64,000 nt of DNA, from contig PFBV01000003.1 of NCBI GenBank assembly GCA_002778465.1, forward strand, positions 303,766-367,765, given 5' to 3'. This stretch comes from Candidatus Magasanikbacteria bacterium CG10_big_fil_rev_8_21_14_0_10_36_32 (lineage in GTDB: Bacteria; Patescibacteriota; Patescibacteriia; Magasanikbacterales; GWA2-37-8). Positions 57,806 to 64,000 of this stretch are shown here, one piece after another; within the stretch, counting starts at the first letter, position 1; each line of letters starts with the position of its first letter. Both the position numbers and the translations under genes were made by a program. A model generated the notes under the pieces. The model saw nothing but the letters and a program-made list of their open reading frames with translations. It made no database searches and was not told the origin of the DNA.

Positions 57806-58195
57806 ATGAGCAAATTATCAGTATATATAGCGTTTATTTTGGTTGCAGCTTGTGCTATGTTTGTTTTGACGCCAGTTTTAGCCGCTGATCCTATTACTGC
57901 AGGAGATCTTGGTTTAAGTTATGGCGCGGAAACAGGTTTGGGTACCAAAGATATCCGTACCACCGTTGCGCAGGTAATCAAAGTGGCGATGGGTTTATTG
58001 GGTATCGTGGCTGTCGTTATAATTTTAATCGGCGGTTTCACTTGGATGACTGCCGGTGGTAATGAAGATAAGGTCTCCGAAGCGAAGAAATGGATTTTCT
58101 CCGGTGTTATCGGTTTGGCTATTATCTTGTCGGCTTATGCTTTAACCAGCTTTATTATCAATCAGTTGGTCAACGCTACTACTAGTACGATATAA
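57806..58195 (+). CDS. TrbC/VirB2-like pilin 4 (candidate major pilin)
   Basis: IGGFTWMTAGGNEDKVSEAKKWI; own promoter, SD and terminator. Confidence 0.83.
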   Translation: MSKLSVYIAFILVAACAMFVLTPVLAADPITAGDLGLSYGAETGLGTKDIRTTVAQVIKVAMGLLGIVAVVIILIGGFTWMTAGGNEDKVSEAKKWIFSGVIGLAIILSAYALTSFIINQLVNATTSTI

Positions 58196-58199
58196 ACTT

Positions 58200-58240
58200 T
58201 TTTTATCAGGGGGTTCGCGCGCGCAACCCCCTGATAAAAA
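58200..58240. terminator. Strong hairpin after pilin 4
   Basis: TTTTATCAGGGGGTT...AACCCCCTGATAAAA. Confidence 0.8.
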
Positions 58241-58289
58241 ATTGGATTATGAACTTTTTAATGAAGATTTCATAATCCAGTTAAATCCT

Positions 58290-58712
58290 ATGAGTTTAAA
58301 CCGGAAAATTTTTTTATTCATTATTGTGACGGCCATCAGTGTCGGTTTTTTGTTGAATGTCAGAATGGTAAGGGGAGCGGATGATTATGGATTTGAACAA
58401 ACCGCACAAGGAACTGACTTGCCGGCTTTATCAATCAGTAAAGGTACACCAGAATCATTGGCTGAAATAATTGTAAAGCGAGTTTTATTTTTTGTTGGAA
58501 CAATTTTCTTTTTATTGATTCTTTATGCGGGAATAAGTTGGATGACTGCTGCTGGTTCCACTGAAAAAGTTAATACTGCTAAAACTATTTTAGAAACAGC
58601 TATTATTGGTTTGTTGGTTATTACCGCTTCCTATGCGATTTCTAATTATATTTTTGAAAAATTTACCGGTGTAAACAAAACTTCTACAGATATTCCCACT
58701 GCCACAGAATAA
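58290..58712 (+). CDS. TrbC/VirB2-like pilin 5
   Basis: YAGISWMTAAGSTEKVNTAK. Confidence 0.8.
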   Translation: MSLNRKIFLFIIVTAISVGFLLNVRMVRGADDYGFEQTAQGTDLPALSISKGTPESLAEIIVKRVLFFVGTIFFLLILYAGISWMTAAGSTEKVNTAKTILETAIIGLLVITASYAISNYIFEKFTGVNKTSTDIPTATE

Positions 58713-58727
58713 TAATCATTAAAATTT

Positions 58728-59753
58728 ATGAGTTTTGGTTTTAAAGTTAAATTAACGATGTTGTTGGCAGCTGTTGGTATAATGACAGCTTCTGTTTTTT
58801 GTTATGCTGCAGATTTTGGTTTAGGAGAAGCCGGTTCTGTTTCTGGGCTGACAAAAAATAAAATTACCGAAGCTGGCAGTATTCCCGCTGTTTTGGGTGA
58901 TTTGGTTGGTATAGCGCTTTCATTATTAGGAATTTTTTTCTTTATTTTAGTTTTGTATGCCGGTTTTATTTGGATGACCGCCGCCGGTTCTGGTGAACAG
59001 GTTGATAAAGCAAAAAAGATTTTAATGTCTGGCGCTATTGGTTTGGTAATAGTTTTATCAGCTTATACAATTACCAGTTATGTTTTTACGGAATTTTTAG
59101 CTGGCGCGCCGACCGGACAAACAGGTGGTGATGTTTGCAAAACAGGGGCAGATGGACAAGATTGTGGTGATAATTCTCTTTGTTTGAATAAAAAATGTGT
59201 TTCGGAGTGTGTCTATACATATGGAACAAATGCTAAATGCAAAGCGGCAGGCAGTTGTGCGGGTGTGGAATTAACTGGTTTTTGTCCGGGCGGAACTAAT
59301 AATAAATGTTGCGTGCCTCAGTATGATTATGATTTTGTGCACAAAGTTAGTGGAGGAACATCTGATACCGGATCAGTAATGATATTTGAATCATGTTCAA
59401 CTAAAGGTGGTTATTGTATTAAGCAAGGTGATGCTGGTTGTGGAACATATCCTGGTTATAGTGAAATTCCTGGAAATTTTTCTGATTGTTCAGGTGAAAC
59501 TTCATCTTGTTGTGTTAACAGTTGTCGCACAAAAGGCGGTATGTGTCTCAGTGCCAATGAATGCAGTAATGCGTCAGGAAAAGAAGAGGCTGAATCTTGT
59601 GGAGATGGACAAGTTTGTTGTGTAACCTGCGTATCTCAAGGTGGAAGTTGTTTTTTTTCTGGTAGTGAATCTTGCAGTGGCAAAGTATTGAGTGGTTCTA
59701 AAAATGGTTGTGGTACCGGTTTAAGTTGTTGTATAGGCGGATTTTTACAATAA
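58728..59753 (+). CDS. TrbC/VirB2-like pilin 6 with long Cys-rich C-terminal repeats
   Basis: YAGFIWMTAAGSGEQVDKAK followed by repeated CxxxGGxC...CC modules. Confidence 0.8.
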   Translation: MSFGFKVKLTMLLAAVGIMTASVFCYAADFGLGEAGSVSGLTKNKITEAGSIPAVLGDLVGIALSLLGIFFFILVLYAGFIWMTAAGSGEQVDKAKKILMSGAIGLVIVLSAYTITSYVFTEFLAGAPTGQTGGDVCKTGADGQDCGDNSLCLNKKCVSECVYTYGTNAKCKAAGSCAGVELTGFCPGGTNNKCCVPQYDYDFVHKVSGGTSDTGSVMIFESCSTKGGYCIKQGDAGCGTYPGYSEIPGNFSDCSGETSSCCVNSCRTKGGMCLSANECSNASGKEEAESCGDGQVCCVTCVSQGGSCFFSGSESCSGKVLSGSKNGCGTGLSCCIGGFLQ

Positions 59754-59781
59754 TGTTTTTAAACTTCTTTTTAAATAATTT

Positions 59782-60276
59782 ATGAAAAAACTTTTTGTTC
59801 AATTACTCATTGTCACTTGTTTATTTATACCGACCATGGCATTAGCTGATACTTTTGGTTCAGGCTTATTAAGTCAATCGGTTCAAGGTGTTGGTTTAGA
59901 ACAGAATTTAGAAAATAGCGTGGCCAATGTCATTAGTACAGTTTCAACCGTGGTCGGCACGATATTTTTAATCTTGACTGTGGTGGCAGGAATTATGTGG
60001 ATGACCGCCGCTGGCAATGAAGATAAAATTTCTAAAGCTAAACAAATGTTGGCCGCCGCCGCCGTCGGTTTATTTATTGTTATGTCGGCTTACACAATTA
60101 CTTATTTTGTCACCAAAAAAGTTGGTAATGCTTCTGGTGGTGGCACAGGAGAAACGACTTGTAGTTGCGCCGGATGTTATTGTTCCACAGTGACAGCGTG
60201 TACAAGTGATGTGGGTACAGCATTGACAGGTACTACTTGTTCAGGAGTGTGTTGTCAACCAACTTTTGCTGATTAA
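59782..60276 (+). CDS. TrbC/VirB2-like pilin 7 with a Cys-rich tail
   Basis: AGIMWMTAAGNEDKISKAK; tail CSCAGCYC...CSGVCCQP. Confidence 0.8.
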   Translation: MKKLFVQLLIVTCLFIPTMALADTFGSGLLSQSVQGVGLEQNLENSVANVISTVSTVVGTIFLILTVVAGIMWMTAAGNEDKISKAKQMLAAAAVGLFIVMSAYTITYFVTKKVGNASGGGTGETTCSCAGCYCSTVTACTSDVGTALTGTTCSGVCCQPTFAD

Positions 60277-60283
60277 ATTTTTT

Positions 60284-60652
60284 ATGAAGAAATTTATTGT
60301 TTTATTTATCGCTATATTGTTACTGTTGTCGCCGGCTATGTCGGCTGCTGAGGGTTTGGGTGATGCCGCAGGAAAACTTGGTTCGTTTCAGACAGGTGGA
60401 TTAAGCAGTGATTTGGGTGGCACGGCGCAAAATGTGGTTAAGGCCATATTTTGGGTGGTTGGCACAACTTTTCTTTTATTATCAGTTTATGGTGGTATTG
60501 TTTGGATTAAAGCGGCTGGCCGAGAGGAAGAAGTAAATCGCGCTAAAAAAATTATTGTTGCTGCTGTTATAGGATTAGTCGTTGTTTTTGCGTCTTATGC
60601 AATAACAAATTTTGTAATGAACAGGGTACAAGGAATTGAAACTACAGAATAA
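60284..60652 (+). CDS. TrbC/VirB2-like pilin 8
   Basis: YGGIVWIKAAGREEEVNRAKK. Confidence 0.8.
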   Translation: MKKFIVLFIAILLLLSPAMSAAEGLGDAAGKLGSFQTGGLSSDLGGTAQNVVKAIFWVVGTTFLLLSVYGGIVWIKAAGREEEVNRAKKIIVAAVIGLVVVFASYAITNFVMNRVQGIETTE

Positions 60653-60681
60653 AATTTTTTAAAGTAATTAAATTTATTTTT

Positions 60682-61095
60682 ATGAAAAAAGTTTTGATTT
60701 TATTGGCTATGTGGCTGATTAGCGGAATACTATGTTGTAATATGACAATGGCGGCAGATGGAGGAATGGCGGAGCGTATAGCGGAAAAAGCTGGTTATAC
60801 TACCGAAGGAATAACTGAATATAGTTTATCTCAAAACATTGGTGTGATAATTCGGAGTGTTTTGTCAGTTCTCGGTGTAATATTTTTAGTTTTGACTATA
60901 TATGCCGGAATTTTATGGGGAACAGCTGCTGGTAATGAAGATAAGGTTGATAAAGCCAAAAAAATTCTGATTTCCGCATTTATTGGTTTGGTAATTGTTG
61001 GAGCCGCTTACGGAATTACCTCTTTAGTCTTTTATTTTCTTGGAGTTGGTTCGGCGCCGTCAACCGATGTTGATGTACCGTGGTCTCAACAATAA
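60682..61095 (+). CDS. TrbC/VirB2-like pilin 9
   Basis: YAGILWGTAAGNEDKVDKAKK. Confidence 0.8.
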   Translation: MKKVLILLAMWLISGILCCNMTMAADGGMAERIAEKAGYTTEGITEYSLSQNIGVIIRSVLSVLGVIFLVLTIYAGILWGTAAGNEDKVDKAKKILISAFIGLVIVGAAYGITSLVFYFLGVGSAPSTDVDVPWSQQ

Positions 61096-61107
61096 TTATT
61101 ATAAAAT

Positions 61108-61566
61108 ATGAAAAATATTTCTAAGACAAAGTTTATTTTAACCGTAATAAGCATACTGACTATAACAGGAACTATTTTAGCGTTTGTTCCTGATTTTGCG
61201 AGTTCGGCCAATTTAAGTACGGAAATGGAAGCTCAATTAAAATCCGCGGCGGAAAGTGGTGCTGGTTATGGCGCGCCGACAGATCCTCGCACTACAGCCA
61301 GTGTGATCATTCGTTCATTACTTGGAGTGGTAGGAATAGTGATGGTTTGTTTGATGATTTATGCCGGTTTTATTTGGATGACCGCTGCCGGCAATGAAGA
61401 TAAAGTGGCGACGGCAAAAAAAATAATTGCCTCGGCGGCAATTGGTTTTATTATTGTGCTGACAGCATATTCAATTACTTGGTTCCTGACATATACGGCT
61501 TTTGGCGGCAGAAGTACACAATTTCCTCAAGATACATCAGAAGACCCATGGGGAAGCACTGATTAA
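61108..61566 (+). CDS. TrbC/VirB2-like pilin 10
   Basis: YAGFIWMTAAGNEDKVATAKK. Confidence 0.8.
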   Translation: MKNISKTKFILTVISILTITGTILAFVPDFASSANLSTEMEAQLKSAAESGAGYGAPTDPRTTASVIIRSLLGVVGIVMVCLMIYAGFIWMTAAGNEDKVATAKKIIASAAIGFIIVLTAYSITWFLTYTAFGGRSTQFPQDTSEDPWGSTD

Positions 61567-62645
61567 GAAAAAATTTGTTTCAGAATTTTTTCATTAACCA
61601 ATTTTGAAAGATTGGGTTTGGTAAAAATATCAGGCCGACGGATTATTTCTTGTAATGCGTCGGTTATTTTGTTTAATTCTGGAATTTGCCGTCCATAATT
61701 ATTTTTTTCGACAAATCGTACATTGGCTTCTTCTTGTCCGGGAATAGGCATAGACAGAAGAGCTGGTTTTTGAAGGAATAAAGTTTCAGTAACACTTAAT
61801 CCGCCTGGTTTGGTTAGAATCACGTCAGCCAAACGCATTAGTTCATCTATTTTGGTAGTATAGGTAATTACTCGATAATTTATTGAATTTAATTGAAATT
61901 TATTTAATTCTTTAAATATTTTTTTATTATTTTTTCCTACCACTATAATTAAGTTTATATTTTTAAAATCATTTATTATTTCTTTGACAAATGGGACAGG
62001 ATCAATCAAACCAATGCCACCGGTTAAAATTAGAATTGTCGGCCAGTCATTGTTAATGCGCCATTTATTTTTTAATTCATTTATATTTTTTTCTTTTAGA
62101 AATTCAGGATGTATCGGAATGCCGGTATAAAAAGCTTGCCGACCCATTTGTTTCAGTTCATCGCAAATATCATTACTCGGAGTAAAAAAATAACGAATTT
62201 GCGGAGCTAAACAAACTTTGTTGATTTCATAATCGGTAATCAAAAAATCAATAGGTATTTTGTCGGCGTATTGATTAGCAAAAGCTGAGGCAAGAAAATG
62301 GGTGCAAAATATTTGATCTGGTTGATATTCTTTAATAAATTTATTAAATTTCCGCAAATTTATTTTTAAGAGCAAACTTATTTTGTTTAAAACATCCGGA
62401 CTTTTTGAAAAATCAAACATTTGATAAAGCAGCCCGTAAATATTAGGCAGATGGCGTGCTAAAAAATGATACGATGAAGTAATGCTTTTTCCGAATAAGC
62501 CGCCAGAATAATCCATAATATCAATATGCGCGGATTTGATTTGAGGATATTTCGTCCGACAAGTTAGATATAACGCTTCAGCAGCACGGACATGTCCGGT
62601 GCCGGCTGAGCAGGAAAGAAATAATATTTTTTTTGGTTGAGACAT
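61563..62645 (-). CDS. MGDG-synthase/UgtP-like glycosyltransferase (GT28)
   Basis: GTGHVRAA, CTHFL, TGIPI, TKPGGLSVTE, PIPGQEEAN. Confidence 0.88.
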   Translation of the reverse strand: MSQPKKILFLSCSAGTGHVRAAEALYLTCRTKYPQIKSAHIDIMDYSGGLFGKSITSSYHFLARHLPNIYGLLYQMFDFSKSPDVLNKISLLLKINLRKFNKFIKEYQPDQIFCTHFLASAFANQYADKIPIDFLITDYEINKVCLAPQIRYFFTPSNDICDELKQMGRQAFYTGIPIHPEFLKEKNINELKNKWRINNDWPTILILTGGIGLIDPVPFVKEIINDFKNINLIIVVGKNNKKIFKELNKFQLNSINYRVITYTTKIDELMRLADVILTKPGGLSVTETLFLQKPALLSMPIPGQEEANVRFVEKNNYGRQIPELNKITDALQEIIRRPDIFTKPNLSKLVNEKILKQIFS

Positions 62646-62708
62646 AAAATGTTATTATTTAAATAATAACAATAAAGAGTATTTTTGACAATAAAAAAAG
62701 CACAAAGG

Positions 62709-62780
62709 GGTGACCAGAGGGAGTTGAACCCTCGCTAGCGGGACCACAACCCGCTGTTCTACCGTTGAACTATGGCCACC
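62709..62780 (-). tRNA. tRNA-His(GTG)
   Basis: G-1/C73, anticodon arm GCGGG-TTGTGGT-CCCGC. Confidence 0.92.
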
Positions 62781-62847
62781 CTTTTATGCTCTTAAATATG
62801 AGAAATTGTAACAGGTTTGAAAGAAAAAATCAAGTTGAAGTATCTTT

Positions 62848-62922
62848 TGGTGACCTCGCTAGGAATCGAACCTAGGTCCAGAGCTTAGAAGGCTCTTGTT
62901 CTATCCATTGAACTACGAGGCC
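62848..62922 (-). tRNA. tRNA-Arg(TCT)
   Basis: Anticodon arm AGAGC-CTTCTAA-GCTCT, encoded CCA. Confidence 0.94.
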
Positions 62923-63019
62923 GCTTAGAAAATGACAATTTACATTCTATCATATTTTGTTGGAAAAATCAAGGTGTGATATAATATATATAATAAACCT
63001 TAAAATCTTAATTTTTAAT

Positions 63020-63505
63020 ATGCGTAAAATTTTAATAGTTTTTATTTTGATGTTTTCAATATTGTTTATCGCCACCCCGGCTCAAGCTGCTTTTGGTTTG
63101 GAACAAACTGCGCAAAAAGCTGGTTATAATTTAGGCGCTACCAGCCCGGCCACCACGGTTAAAACAGTGGTGACAGTAGTTTTAGGATTTGTTGCTTTGA
63201 TATTTTTTGCTTTAACATTATATGCCGGCATAATTTGGATGACTGCCCGCGGAAAAGAAGACAAAGTGGAATCAGCCAAAAATATTATAGAATCGGCGAT
63301 ACTTGGTTTAATAATTGTTGGAGCCGCTTATGCCATTACGACTTTTGTTTTAAGCCGATTGGGGAGTAGTGGAACAACCGAAGGTTGTTGTATTCAATAT
63401 AATGAAGACTCTACCACAAAAGGTTCGGTTGAAGGGGTGCTTAATGATGAATGTTTGAATGAGGGTGGTGTTTGGTTTGAGGGAAAATGTCCATCAATAC
63501 AATAA
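63020..63505 (+). CDS. TrbC/VirB2-like pilin 11 with a short Cys tail
   Basis: YAGIIWMTARGKEDKVESAK; tail GCC...C...GGVWFEGKCP. Confidence 0.8.
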   Translation: MRKILIVFILMFSILFIATPAQAAFGLEQTAQKAGYNLGATSPATTVKTVVTVVLGFVALIFFALTLYAGIIWMTARGKEDKVESAKNIIESAILGLIIVGAAYAITTFVLSRLGSSGTTEGCCIQYNEDSTTKGSVEGVLNDECLNEGGVWFEGKCPSIQ

Positions 63506-63570
63506 CTATAAATTTATAGAATTTAAAAGGTTTTTTGCATTACCCTTGACATAAAAGCCTTTTTTTGATA

Positions 63571-63634
63571 CTATTATCAAGCGAAGTGAGTGAAATGAAA
63601 ATTTATTTTCATTTCCAAACGAAACGCAGATAAA
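63571..63634 (+). repeat. Hairpin repeat, copy 2
   Basis: CTATTATCAAGCGAAGTGAGT-GAAATGAAAA-TTTA-TTTTCATTTC-CAAACGAAACGCAGATAAA, starting at the -10 of TTGACA(63546)-N17-TACTAT. Confidence 0.85.
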
Positions 63635-63741
63635 ATGAGTTTACTCTCTTTTAGGCACTTAATTTAATAAGCAAACATAAAGGTTTGTCCCGAACTGTCA
63701 GGAACATGCTCTTGATTAGCTCGGTAAAATATAAGGCATGT

Positions 63742-64000
63742 ATGTTAGACATAAAAAAGAAGCAGCAAATTATTAAAAAATTTGCTATTCACGCCGGCGA
63801 TACCGGTTCCAGCGAAGTTCAAATTGCTATTTTGACCGCTGAGATTGACGAATTAATTCAACACCTCAAACAGCATCCGAAGGATCATTCTTCACGTCGC
63901 GGTTTGCTCCGCAAAGTCAGCGGGCGTCGTCGTTTAATGCGTTATTTGAAGAAAGAAAATGAAAAGTCTTATGAGGAGTTGATGAAAAAATTAAAAATCA
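63742..64000 (+). CDS. rpsO: 30S ribosomal protein S15 (3' end runs off the window)
   Basis: Manual translation HAGDTGSSEVQIAILT...HLKQHPKDHSSRRGLLRKVSGRRRLMRYL. Confidence 0.97.
   Translation, partial: MLDIKKKQQIIKKFAIHAGDTGSSEVQIAILTAEIDELIQHLKQHPKDHSSRRGLLRKVSGRRRLMRYLKKENEKSYEELMKKLKI

Noticed and set aside
56425-61566. Conjugative element or prophage
   Set aside because: No VirB4, relaxase, coupling protein or phage structural genes are present, and the flanks are housekeeping genes and tRNAs.
1-64000. Complete DGR locus, retron, CRISPR array, integrase or transposase
   Set aside because: I found no RT (YxDD) protein, no AAC-rich template repeat, no regularly spaced repeat-spacer array and no recognisable recombinase ORF.

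Overview
This is an AT-rich bacterial chromosome segment using the standard genetic code. The gene content points to Patescibacteria/CPR (Parcubacteria-like); this is an inference from the type IV pilus operon, the large VirB2/TrbC-like pilin array, the cohesin/dockerin surface proteins and the SD-less housekeeping genes. The backbone carries cdd, rmuC, ychF, pilBCMNO, rpsF-ssb-rpsR, epmA, efp, ruvB, nrdDG, a galU-like gene, rpsO, nine tRNAs and three parS sites with nearby DnaA-box-like motifs. The most striking unexplained pattern is a set of 7-8 single-gene units scattered between housekeeping genes, all on the + strand. Most follow one layout: TTGACA-N17-(-10) promoter, rrn-type boxA-like motif (GTTCTTTAACAA/GTTCTTTGAAAA), Shine-Dalgarno, accessory ORF, GC-rich terminator. 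Five of the cargo genes resemble diversity-generating retroelement (DGR) target proteins. Two of these are GC-rich with A-depleted 3' ends and three are AT-ameliorated; no reverse transcriptase or template repeat is visible in the window. Other points of interest are an 11-gene pilin set with cysteine-rich tips and one independently expressed member, a 216-bp non-coding element duplicating the tRNA-Leu 3' end, a covarying hairpin repeat at two transcription starts, and a redox/metal cluster with a palindromic operator. No database searches were run, so all family calls come from motif recognition.
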